Below the pieces are notes generated by a model. That model was not told the DNA's origin, did no database searches, and was given only the letters and a program-made list of their open reading frames with translations. From assembly GCA_963786955.1 (NCBI GenBank), contig CAWBAT010000008.1, positions 128,001-192,000 on the forward strand: DNA of 64,000 nt, written 5' to 3'. Every line of letters begins with the position of its first letter. Position 1 is the stretch's first letter. The stretch is from an uncultured Acidimicrobiia bacterium. GTDB taxonomy: Bacteria; Acidobacteriota; Terriglobia; Versatilivoradales; Versatilivoraceae. Of this stretch, positions 48,527-57,720 are shown piece after piece. A program made the position numbers and the translations under genes.

Positions 48527-49358
48527 ATGAGAACATCCTTAAGAATAACCAGTTCATTGTGCGCATTCGCCGTCCTTTTGCTCGGGGGGGCTGCACCCGG
48601 ATGTCCCAATCTTTGTATCTGAGCGGCTACGACCGCGACATCAAGAACTCTACGCGGGCCATCGAGGCCGCCCGCGACGATGTCCAGCGCGCGGCGGGAT
48701 ACGCTCAGCGCGGCAGCGCCTATTCCGAGAAAGCCCGCTATTGCCGGGCCTTCAAGCTGATTCCTGCCGATGAATACGGCCGCTTGTTCAGTCTGGCCCT
48801 CAAGGACCATGACCAGGCCGTGGCGCTCGACCCCTAGCAGCGCGGAGGCGTATTTCAAGCCGGGGGCAGACCTATTACGACCGGGCCGCCTTAGAGGACC
48901 CCAAGGATGCCAAGCCGTGGTTCGACTCCGCGGCCGCGGATTTCACGAGCGCCGTCGAGAGAGACGGTCGGCATTACATGGCGTGGGACATGCTCGGCCT
49001 GGTCCATTCAAGTATCGGGGAATGGGACAATGCCATCAGTGATTTCACGCAAGAGATGGCGCTCAATGCGTTGGGCAAGACGAGGCTAGCCGACGCCTAC
49101 TGCGAGCGGGGACTTTCCCGCGAGAGAGAGAAGAGTTACGGTTCCGCCGTCGCAGATTTTGAGAAGGCGGTCGAGATTGGCACCACTGCCGATGGCTGCT
49201 CGTGCGATCCTTACAACCCGCTGGTCGCGAACTATGTCGGCGAAAGCCGGCAGTACGACAAGGCCTGGGAAGTCGTCCATAAGGCGAAGAAGTCCAAGAG
49301 ATGGATCGCGCCCGAATTGCTGGAGAGCTTGAAAAAAGGTTCCGGACGCAACGACTAG
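48527..49358 (+). pseudogene. TPR-repeat lipoprotein interrupted by three 1-bp indels
   Basis: Joining frames at the G7 run (48584-90), C4 run (48831-34) and AA (48857-58) gives a signal peptide with lipobox (LLLGG[G]C) followed by continuous TPRs (AYFSRGQTYY, AISDFTQEMAL, AYCERG). Confidence 0.7.
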
Positions 49359-49387
49359 CGGCGCTCTATGAGCGCCGACCAGCCCTC

Positions 49388-49667
49388 CCAGCCCCATCGG
49401 GGCAACATATTTATAGCTTTGCGTCCGCCAATAAGAATTCTCCCTCCCCCTGGTTGAAGGCCGGGTCCCCAGAACCGGCGTTGCAGTGGTTCTGTGATGG
49501 AGGTAATCTCCCTCTCCCCAACGCGGTGGTCCGTCGGGACCGGGTGATGGGGACCTCCACTCCAGAGCCTTGACACAGTATCTCAACTCCCCTCCTTTTT
49601 TAAGGAGGGGCCAGGGGGTGGTGGGTATCTCTTCAATCCCCTCCTTTTTAAGGAGGGGATACAGGGG
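49388..49667 (+). repeat. Composite REP repeat, block B (second copy 50686-50973)
   Basis: About 280 bp direct repeat sharing long identical tracts (gcgtccgccaataagaattc, ggttgaaggccgggtccccagaaccggcgttgcagtg, ccttgacacagtatctcaactcccctcc) with 50686-50973. Confidence 0.9.
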
Positions 49668-49710
49668 TGGTGATTTAACCTTGTCCCCCTCCTCTCATAA
49701 GGAGGGAAAA

Positions 49711-49820
49711 TGTGAAAAGATTCCGCCGGGTCGGGGGACCCAGCCTACAATATAATGGTAAGCCCGTTGAAATCATTGTAGGCCGCGTGACCTCACGCGG
49801 CGTTTTCCAATTCTTTCACA
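49711..49820. repeat. REPIN-like doublet of GTAG-footed REPs with short terminal inverted repeats
   Basis: TGTGAAAAGATT, then GCCGGGTC-GGGG-GACCCAGC-CTAC, a spacer, GTAG-GCCGCGTGA-CC-TCACGCGGC, then AATTCTTTCACA. Confidence 0.75.
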
Positions 49821-49942
49821 CTTTCAGGGGGTTCGGGGGAGGTGGTTGCTGTCTATTCCCTCTCCCTGGTGGGGAGAGGGAAACGAAGAAATCGGAACAC
49901 CGGCATGCTCGTCCATGGCGCAGTTCTGCCGTGCTCAAGTAT

Positions 49943-50236
49943 TTAGCCCCTTGCGATTCTAGCTAGTTGGGCTTTCATGTATGCCCTCAGAAGGGCATTA
50001 ATGCGTGTCTGGTACCCACGCCCCTGTGCCTTAAACCATTTGAGGACATCACTATCTACACGCAAAGTCAGTTGTTTTTTATTGGGAACGACCCTTAGAC
50101 CGTACCGGACAACTGCCTGGGCAAATTTGCTGGGAGAAATTTCTGGGATATCGGAAAAATCAATGTCCCCGTCTTCCATTGCAGTCAGGCGCTTAAAGTT
50201 AGTGCGCGATTTGTTCAAAGTAGGCTTTTCTTTCAT
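49943..50236 (-). CDS. brnA: BrnA antitoxin
   Basis: IDFSDIPE and KKQLTLRVDSDVLKWFK..G.GYQTRINALLRAY; overlaps the brnT 3' end. Confidence 0.92.
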   Translation of the reverse strand: MKEKPTLNKSRTNFKRLTAMEDGDIDFSDIPEISPSKFAQAVVRYGLRVVPNKKQLTLRVDSDVLKWFKAQGRGYQTRINALLRAYMKAQLARIARG

Positions 50237-50474
50237 TTCGTGTAGCCTTTCGAATTGAGATCAGTCTGATTCTATTTTGGCGTTCTGTGTGTAAGACGGC
50301 CACCACTCTACCTTTCAACATCCCGAATGTGATGAAACGGTTCTCGTCATATTGAAAACGATCATCTTGCAGGGTGACTGTGAACCCCGCAAAGATCTTG
50401 ACAGCGTCCACAAAATCGACGCCGTGCTTTTGCAGATTCGTGCGGCGTTTGTTTTCATCCCACTCGAATTGCAT
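50199..50474 (-). CDS. brnT: BrnT ribonuclease toxin
   Basis: FEWDENK..NLQKHGVDF, ENRFITFG and IRLISIRKATRNE. Confidence 0.93.
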   Translation of the reverse strand: MQFEWDENKRRTNLQKHGVDFVDAVKIFAGFTVTLQDDRFQYDENRFITFGMLKGRVVAVLHTERQNRIRLISIRKATRNERKAYFEQIAH

Positions 50475-50480
50475 GATTCA

Positions 50481-50509
50481 ATTGTAGTGCCATAATGTAA
50501 CTGCGTCAA
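50481..50509 (-). promoter_or_regulatory. sigma70 promoter of brnTA (probably leaderless)
   Basis: Minus strand TTGACG-17 nt-TACAAT, then 6 nt, then ATG; imperfect palindrome in the spacer. Confidence 0.7.
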
Positions 50510-50585
50510 GATTGTCATGCAGAATGAAGATAGAAGAACGAGGAAGGGCGTGATAGTTCGTAGGACCCCCTTGTTTATTCATTCT

Positions 50586-50973
50586 CGAGAAGGGAATGTA
50601 CTAGGGCTATGTCCGTGTTCTTGGGCGATTGTTCCAGTCCCGTTACGGACGACATCTTTATAGAACTCGTATCCCCAATTAAGCACCAGCCCCATAGGGG
50701 CGACCTATTTATAGGTCTGCGTCCGCCAATAAGAATTCCCGCTCCCCCTGGTTGAAGGCCGGGTCCCCAGAACCGGCGTTGCAGTGTTCTGTGATGGAGG
50801 TAATCTCCCTCTCCCCAACGCGGGAGAGGGAGGCCCGCTAGGACCGGGCGAGAGGGACCTCCACTCCAGAGCCTTGACACAGTATCTCAACTCCCCTCCT
50901 TTCTTAAGGAGGGGGTCAGGGGGTGGTGGGTATCTCTTCAATCCCCTCCTTTCTAAAGAAGGGGATTCAGGGG
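50586..50973 (+). repeat. Composite REP repeat, contiguous A+B copy
   Basis: 50586-50702 matches block A and 50686-50973 matches block B; they overlap in the 17-bp CCAGCCCCATAGGGGCG hairpin. Confidence 0.88.
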
Positions 50974-51045
50974 AGGTGCATCGTAGTATGCGGAGTCAAA
51001 GGGGCAAGGAAGGGGAAGTTGCCGGATGAGTTGGAACCCTCTCGA

Positions 51046-51426
51046 TTACGATTTCCATTTCCGGTCTTCTGCGACACATTCCCGAACACGAAACGCAGTA
51101 ATCTTGCGAATGAGAGACAACGGCAGGGGTTTTTCCAGCGGAAACTGAATTGAGCCCTTGGCAGTTTTGAATTTTGAAAGATCTTCTGCAAAGGCCTTCA
51201 CTGCTGACGGCGTGGGATAGAACCCAATATGGTGCTTGAACGCGGCGAAGGTGACCAATATTCTTTGATAAGAGAATGCGGGCATTCCCCACTTCAAGCT
51301 TTCCTTTGCTCCGGGCGCCGCCGCGCGAATGCAGGCGCGCATTTCACGCAGTTTCCCCCGAGCTTCCTTGGGAGCCGCTTGAATATATTCGGCAATATTT
51401 TTAGGTTTTTCCTTTTTTGAAAGCAT
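51046..51426 (-). CDS. DUF1801 (YdhG-like) protein
   Basis: IAEYI, AAPGAKESLKWGMPAF, FAAFKHHIGFYP and KGSIQFP..KPLP..LIRKI. Confidence 0.88.
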   Translation of the reverse strand: MLSKKEKPKNIAEYIQAAPKEARGKLREMRACIRAAAPGAKESLKWGMPAFSYQRILVTFAAFKHHIGFYPTPSAVKAFAEDLSKFKTAKGSIQFPLEKPLPLSLIRKITAFRVRECVAEDRKWKS

Positions 51427-51750
51427 AGCTTTAACCTGGATATTCTATCAAAGTTCACTCCTGAAAACGATGCTGACATGCATTATTTTTTTTCACGGAT
51501 TGGCAGAGAGTTTTCTTGAAGATGTCTAGTGAGTGGGAGTCTGAAGCTACATCCAGTTTATCATTCTGCAGCGGGCAAGAAAAAAGGTCGCAGGATGGGT
51601 TTTTGGGCGGCAGAATTCGAGTCATTTGATCGGGAGAATTCGGGTCCTGGGGACTCGAATTTTGCGTGAGGGTTGAGACGCGGATTTTGGCGGTGGGGGC
51701 TTGGTTTGTGCGGGTTTTGTTGGGGATTTGCTTCGATGTCACCAAGCGGG

Positions 51751-52956
51751 TTATTGAATGGTGTTGCGTTTTGATTTGGTTGCGGTGCGGTGAGCCAGGA
51801 GGCCGATTAGGGCAATCGTAGAAAAGACGGCTCCTGCCAGAAATGCAGCTGCGGGGCCGTACGCTGTCCAGAGGAAGCCGGCGAGCACACTTGCCAGCAA
51901 GAGGACTCCACCTGTAACAAGATTGAAGACGCCAAAAGCCGTGCCGCGAAGATCGGAGGGCGCCGCTGCGGCAACGAGCGTGGTTAAGAGGCCTTGGGTC
52001 GCGCCCATGTGCAGCCCCCAAAGCATGGAGCCCGCCAGCACCTTCCACACCGTATCGGCGCCTGCGAGGACCAGATCGGCGGCAACCAAAAACCCGATCC
52101 CGAACACAAGGAGGCTTCCTCGGTTTACGTGATCAGACAAGTGGCCGAACGGGTAGGCACTTGCAGCATAGACCACGTTCATGGCAATGAGTACAAGTGG
52201 AACAAGAGCGACTGCAAGGCCGACGTTTTGGGCACGCAACAAGAGGAAGGCCTCACTAAAGCGAGCTAGCGTAAGGATTCCCCCGAATACGACGATCAGC
52301 CAGAATGCGATACCGAGGCGGCCAATTTCCCGACGTTTGAGAGGGAAGCGTCGATGCTCACCATTACTTTTGGTTTCCGGCTCTTGGACTCCGAAGATGA
52401 CAAACGCCACGGCGACTGCCGCCGGCAAAACGGCGATCCATAATACAAAACGAAAATTGTCGGCAGAGTGCCACATCAAGGCCAACGCCAGCGCAGGTCC
52501 AACAAAGGCGCCGATGGTATCCATGGACTGGCGCAAGCCGTAGGCGGCACCGCGCATCGGTTCCGGGGTCAAATCCGCAACCAGCGCATCGCGGGGCGCG
52601 CCGCGTATCCCTTTACCAATGCGGTCGAGAAAGCGAGCGGTGAAGACCGGCACGGCACTGGAAGCGAGGGGAAACAAGGGCTTGGTTAGTGCTGCCAAGC
52701 CATAGCCCAGGAGCACTAAGGGCTTGCGCCTGCCAATCCAGTCGCTGATGACGCCCGCAAAGATTTTCACAACTGCAGCCGTGGATTCGGCGATGCCCTC
52801 GATAATGCCCACCGTCAAGATGTTCAATCCCAGCACGCTGACCATGAAGGCGGGCAGCAAGCTATGGATCATCTCCGAGGAGGTGTCCATGAATAAACTG
52901 ACGAACCCGAGCACGATAACGCCGCGGGGCAAGGTGAGCGTTACGGTGTTGCGCAT
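51751..52956 (-). CDS. MFS transporter
   Basis: LGFVSLFMDTSSEMIHSLLP, GIIEGIAE, SDWIGRRKPL and DRIGKGIRGAPRDAL; about 12 TM helices. Confidence 0.9.
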   Translation of the reverse strand: MRNTVTLTLPRGVIVLGFVSLFMDTSSEMIHSLLPAFMVSVLGLNILTVGIIEGIAESTAAVVKIFAGVISDWIGRRKPLVLLGYGLAALTKPLFPLASSAVPVFTARFLDRIGKGIRGAPRDALVADLTPEPMRGAAYGLRQSMDTIGAFVGPALALALMWHSADNFRFVLWIAVLPAAVAVAFVIFGVQEPETKSNGEHRRFPLKRREIGRLGIAFWLIVVFGGILTLARFSEAFLLLRAQNVGLAVALVPLVLIAMNVVYAASAYPFGHLSDHVNRGSLLVFGIGFLVAADLVLAGADTVWKVLAGSMLWGLHMGATQGLLTTLVAAAAPSDLRGTAFGVFNLVTGGVLLLASVLAGFLWTAYGPAAAFLAGAVFSTIALIGLLAHRTATKSKRNTIQ

Positions 52957-53586
52957 GGGGTAACTGTGAATCAATAGCGTTCCAGAAACAAGGGACAGTT
53001 CTTTCTGGAAGAAATGAAAGACCGTCCCGGCGGTCTTTAGTGGATGGGCTTCGTTGTTGCGGGGCACGGGTTTTTGGGTGAAGTGGGCGTGAGGAGTGGG
53101 GAGGGATCAGGATTCAGTCATGCTTTCCGAAGCGTGGCGATCTGTTATATCAGCATGGTACGGATGGTGTTTTCGTATTCCGGGAAGTAGCGCTGGATCA
53201 CCGGCAATTCGAAGGCGCGGAGGATGCTCGTGTTCTCTTCGCGTTCAAGCTGGAATTCGAACGACTTCTTAACTAGTTTCTCTTCCGAAAAAGTGCTGCC
53301 GGTCATCCTCTGCTAGTTTTCGGGAGCCACGGTCACGACGTGCGTGGTTGTAGTCCGGTAGGAGAGTGTGACCTTGAATATTGTCTCGTCCATCTTTTTT
53401 GATGGTGATGAGCATTGGCATCTAACCGGTTTGGGGCGCCAAGGCAGTGAGGAGCGGATACACGTATGAACGACTCGGACTTGCTTGAATCGCCGAGCGT
53501 CATTCACAGTAGTCGGCATGCGAGTATTGGTGGATAACTCGTACTTTGTAAGTCTCAGCTAAATTCTGATGCTCTCCTGACTCCAG

Positions 53587-53880
53587 CTACGCCATTTTGG
53601 CGAGGATTTTGCTGACCTCTTCGGCCGAGAAAGCTCGAAGTGTTTGCGTTTGAACATAACCCAACGAGGTTAGGCTTAATGCGAGCGCAGTTGCGGTCGC
53701 TTCGTCCGGAGCTTCAATGATCAATACCCCATCGTATTGGCCCAGAGTCCAATAAACCTCCTTTACCTTGCCACCGGCCTTGTTGGCTACGCTCTTGAAA
53801 GCCTCAGCCCTCTTGGTGGTGTCCTTTGCATTGCGGACTCCTTGATCCGTAAAGGTCAAAAGCAGGACATAAGTTGCCAT
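53587..53880 (-). CDS. GYD domain protein
   Basis: MATYVLLLTFTDQG..YWTLGQYD..EAPD..G.VQTQTLRAF; RBS AGGAG. The longer ORF call that runs into the tRNA is spurious. Confidence 0.88.
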   Translation of the reverse strand: MATYVLLLTFTDQGVRNAKDTTKRAEAFKSVANKAGGKVKEVYWTLGQYDGVLIIEAPDEATATALALSLTSLGYVQTQTLRAFSAEEVSKILAKMA

Positions 53881-54141
53881 GATCCATCTCCTTTCCCAAC
53901 CGATTGACTCCAATTCCAAAATCATAGCGCCGTCAGGCACATGAGTCGAATTTTTGTTGGCGGCAGCTTTGAAGTCGCGGTGGATTATTTGTTGTCTTGG
54001 TCGCGGAGCGACGTTTGAAAAGGCCGCTGGCGAGCGGCCTGGGGATGAATGCGCTACGGCGTTGCCGAGCGCGAGGATTTTGGGCAAATGGGGAGAAAAA
54101 GATTTTCTAAAACCACTGAATCTCTGCTTTGCAGAGGTTGC

Positions 54142-54231
54142 TGGCGGAGAGAGTGGGATTCGAACCCACGTTAGAGTTTCCCCTAAACACGCTTTCCAAG
54201 CGTGCGCCTTCAGCCACTCGGCCATCTCTCC
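54142..54231 (-). tRNA. tRNA-Ser (anticodon GGA)
   Basis: GGAGAGATGGCCGAGTGGCTGAAGGCGCACGCTTGGAAAGCGTG, long variable arm, GTGGGTTCGAATCCCAC, TCTCTCCGCCA; 90 nt with encoded CCA. Confidence 0.97.
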
Positions 54232-54255
54232 TGCGGTTCTGCAGAAAGCCCGTTG

Positions 54256-54284
54256 ATTGTATTGAAAACCGGGGTTGGAGTCCA
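54256..54284 (-). promoter_or_regulatory. sigma70-like promoter of tRNA-Ser
   Basis: Minus strand TGGACT-17 nt-TACAAT, 24 nt upstream of the tRNA 5' end. Confidence 0.6.
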
Positions 54285-54749
54285 GTTCCTTCGGGAAGGA
54301 TGGCGCACGGAGGCTAAGCTACAGGGAAGACGAAGAGGCCCCCACCTCCCCCTGGCCCCCTCCTTGTGCAAGGAGGGGGGAAAAGATGAAAGCTCCAAGC
54401 TAGGTCGTGGCATGGCTACCACGACCTTTCCCCTCCTCAAAATAAGGAAGGGGAAAAATGAAGTGGTGGGATGGGACTGTGGTGGAGGTTCCCCCCCAGC
54501 CCCTCTCCCGCGATGGGAGAGGGGGGGCCGATAATTCTGAGTTCCGAAGTTAGGCTGGCGTGATTGCTATCTAATTACTGATTTGTCAGAGACACGAAAA
54601 GAGCTCAGCAAAGGGGAAAAGTATACCCTTAACCTGCGAATTCAGGTGGAACGAGCGCTCCGCCGCGAGTTCATCCAGCGTGCGCAGGGGGACGGCGGTC
54701 CCACGCGCGCGCTTTACCTGGCGACACTCATACAACCTTGGGAATTGGG

Positions 54750-55073
54750 TTAGTGTTGTACTTGGTTGTCGTGCTTCTGGCGATAGATGTCACGACTGGA
54801 GTGATTTAACTCCCGTTGAATTTTTGCGCGCTCATGTGACGTGAAATTCCCGTCCGATTTGGCTGCCGCTTCATTCCGAGCAATCCGCTGTTGCTCCTTT
54901 TCCAGTCTCACGGTTTCATGCGGGGTGAGCTGGCCGCTCTGAACTCCCTGACCGATTCTCTGTTGCTGGTTCTTCTGGCACTGATTGATGTTCGGCTGGG
55001 CTAACACCACACTCCCGAAGACCAACACGGCTGAAAGGCTTCCTGCCAGGGTTTTCTTGAGTTGTCCGGTCAT
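54750..55073 (-). CDS. Small secreted helical hypothetical protein
   Basis: RBS AGGAG; signal peptide; QQQRIGQGVQSGQLT..E..RLEKEQ..DG.FT..ER..IYRQKH pattern seen in many conserved hypotheticals. Confidence 0.75.
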   Translation of the reverse strand: MTGQLKKTLAGSLSAVLVFGSVVLAQPNINQCQKNQQQRIGQGVQSGQLTPHETVRLEKEQQRIARNEAAAKSDGNFTSHERAKIQRELNHSSRDIYRQKHDNQVQH

Positions 55074-55254
55074 CGTGTACTCTCCTCTGAAGTCATTTTC
55101 AATTAATCACTCGGCTTCTTAAACACGATTGGCTGGGGAAAGTTGCGTGCAGGTAGAAATTCTTTGTGGGGGATTTTGAACTCGGTATCTGACAGGAGCC
55201 ATGAAACGACCCGCTTCACAGGTGGGAAGTCAACTGGCTTGAGGAAAGAAGCAG

Positions 55255-56361
55255 CTACTCATAGGCCAACGCCTCGAGCGGATCTTTCCTGGCGGCACGT
55301 ATGGCAGGGTAGATCGACCCGGAAATTCCGCTGAAGAGGACCAGCGCAGAAGCGATGAGGATCCAGCGGAAAGTGATGAGGACCATCTGCGTAGGAATAA
55401 ACTTTTCGATGATTATCTTTCCTGCAAACATCAGGACAACCCCTAGCACCATGCCGAAGATACTCAGTGCGACCGATTCTCTCAGGATGAGGCTGACAAT
55501 ATAGATCTTTGATGCCCCTAATGATTTTAGAATCCCTATTTCCCGGGTTCGTTCACTGATGGTGGTGTACATGGAAAGGAAAATCGCAAATGATCCGATG
55601 ATCACAGCAATGCCGACCACCACTTTGATGAATGCGTTCAGTCCAGTGGGAGAATTGTTGGTCAATAGCGAAATGAATTCCTGGCTGGAATTGACCAGGT
55701 ATTCCGGAAGAGTGGCTTGGACCTGAGCGATAGCAGAATCGATTTGACCCGGGTTGTTACATTTGATCAAAGCCATTGACGCTTGTCCGGTCCAGCCAGT
55801 TAAGGTCTGGAGGGTCTCGATGGGGATGAAGATTCGAGCCCCTTTGCCGTGCCGGACGATGCCGCAAACTTTAAAGTTCTTCCCCCTGAGTTCCTGCCCA
55901 TCTCCCACTTTGAGCCGCTTCGACTGCGCATAAAGATCGTCAATGATGATTTCATCGGTTAGAGGGCCACTGAACGCCCCCCCCGACAGGTACGTGAGGC
56001 CTTCGGACACCACAGCATAGCTTGGGTAATCGATTCCGTAGATGTTCACCCATCCTGCCGATGTGTCTAATTGCATGAGAACTGGAGTGACCGCTTTGAT
56101 CTGTTCGATGGACTTGAGTTTTTCAAGGACCGCGACGGGCATGCGAACGCTTCCGGCAGAAAGAATCAGAGAAGAATTGGGCGGGCGCAAGAAGATATCG
56201 GCGCCAATCCCTTTTTGGCGTTCGGCAGTCTCTACAATCATACCCTCGCAGATTCCGACGACCATCAGAATGAGCACCACTTCCAGGCTGATCGCCAAAA
56301 CGCTTACCAGCGTCCGGACAGGCCGATGAAGTACATTGGCCAAAACGTATCGATTCCTCAT
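55255..56361 (-). CDS. ABC transporter permease (MacB/FtsX-like)
   Basis: N-terminal TM, periplasmic domain, ISERTREIGILKSLGA and YPAIRAARKDPLEALAYE. Confidence 0.9.
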   Translation of the reverse strand: MRNRYVLANVLHRPVRTLVSVLAISLEVVLILMVVGICEGMIVETAERQKGIGADIFLRPPNSSLILSAGSVRMPVAVLEKLKSIEQIKAVTPVLMQLDTSAGWVNIYGIDYPSYAVVSEGLTYLSGGAFSGPLTDEIIIDDLYAQSKRLKVGDGQELRGKNFKVCGIVRHGKGARIFIPIETLQTLTGWTGQASMALIKCNNPGQIDSAIAQVQATLPEYLVNSSQEFISLLTNNSPTGLNAFIKVVVGIAVIIGSFAIFLSMYTTISERTREIGILKSLGASKIYIVSLILRESVALSIFGMVLGVVLMFAGKIIIEKFIPTQMVLITFRWILIASALVLFSGISGSIYPAIRAARKDPLEALAYE

Positions 56362-56817
56362 GAATCCCTTTTTCCCTTTAGTCTATGGCTCGGGCAGAGA
56401 GGTCTCAGGCATCCAAGCCATCTCCCGCTTCACTCGCGACGGTGATATTACCATGCCAGGCAGCATTTATCTTGTAAGAGATTGAAGTGCCGCTCAAGAC
56501 GCTTGCGGAGTCGTTTCTTTCGTGGCTTAATTCGATCGAGCGGAGGGAGGTTGTAGCCGCTGGGAGCGAGTGCATCTTGCCCGCTTTTCGTCACAAACGA
56601 ATCCACCGCGTCACTTCCTCATTGTGTAGGGAGGAGAGATTAGGCAAAAGCACCACCCCTGGTCGTGGCCATTCGGCCGCGACCTTTCCCCTCCTTAACG
56701 TAAGGAGGGAGGCTACAAGTCCCTTCCCCCCGGCCCCTCGTTGGGGGAGGGGAGAGTAAACCCTATTTTAACCCTCATCTCTTTAAGAGGGATCTTCCTC
56801 CAGAAACCTGAAGCCAA

Positions 56818-57558
56818 ATGATTAAGAGAGAATACATCATGACGATGACCCGCAGCACTCATTCACTTGCCAAAACTATTGACCATTCCTTGCTTCATCC
56901 GACTTTGACTGATCAGGGGATACGCGAAGGTTGCGAGTTAGCCAAGCAATACGACGTCGCAACCGTTTGTGTGAAGCCGTATTCGATCGCGCAAGCAAAG
57001 TCGTTTCTCGCCGGCACTCGAGTCGGGGTCTGTGCCGTTATTGCTTTTCCACACGGGAACGGCACGACTTCCAACAAAGTCAAAGAAGCCGAAGAGGCGG
57101 TTCAGTTGGGGGCAACTGAAATCGATATGGTGGTGAACGTGGGGAAAGTGCTGGGCGGGGATTGGGACTATGTTTCTACAGAAATCAAAGTCATTAATGA
57201 TTGTGTCGTCGGCAAAAACGCGCTCCTCAAGGTGATATTCGAAAACGACTTCCTTGAAGACGCACAGATCATTAAACTGTGCGAAATCTGTAGCAGCCAC
57301 CGGGCTGCCTTTGTGAAAACTTCAACGGGCTACGGGTTCGTCCGGCGAGACGACGGAACTTATTCCTACAATGGGGCAACCGACCACCATCTCAAATTGA
57401 TGCGCACGCATTGTCAGGAGTCGGTGCAAATTAAAGCAGCCGGAGGGATCCGAACTCTGGATGACCTGCTGCGAGTTCTGAAATTGGGAGCGACTCGGAT
57501 TGGGGCAAGCGCAACCCAAAGTATTCTCGAAGAAGCCAAACGGCGTGGGATACAGTGA
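56818..57558 (+). CDS. deoC: Deoxyribose-phosphate aldolase
   Basis: IDHSLLHP, VIAFPHG, GATEIDMV, LKVIFE, FVKTSTG (Schiff-base Lys), IKAAGGIR and RIGAS. The start may be 56839. Confidence 0.93.
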   Translation: MIKREYIMTMTRSTHSLAKTIDHSLLHPTLTDQGIREGCELAKQYDVATVCVKPYSIAQAKSFLAGTRVGVCAVIAFPHGNGTTSNKVKEAEEAVQLGATEIDMVVNVGKVLGGDWDYVSTEIKVINDCVVGKNALLKVIFENDFLEDAQIIKLCEICSSHRAAFVKTSTGYGFVRRDDGTYSYNGATDHHLKLMRTHCQESVQIKAAGGIRTLDDLLRVLKLGATRIGASATQSILEEAKRRGIQ

Positions 57559-57720
57559 GTGAGCCGATGGACAGGGTAAGAAAAGCTGCGGCAGAGTCGG
57601 ATATTGTTGTAGAGGTCCCAACCACTTTGCACGCCACGACCTTGATTGTGGAGGACACTTTCAGCGGTTGGTAGTTGGGTGGTATCATGACGCTGATCGC
57701 AATGTTCAGGAGGTGCGAGA

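Noticed and set aside
49086-50941. Similar small ORFs (MSRLWSGG.., ..RYCVKALEWRS..) occurring twice
   Set aside because: They are translations of the non-coding block B repeat.
47600-51000. Clustered palindromic repeats as a possible CRISPR array
   Set aside because: There is no constant repeat with regular unique spacers and no cas genes; the units are REP-like hairpins.
53881-54225. N-terminal extension of the 212-aa ORF call
   Set aside because: It translates the tRNA and spacer; the real GYD gene starts at 53880.
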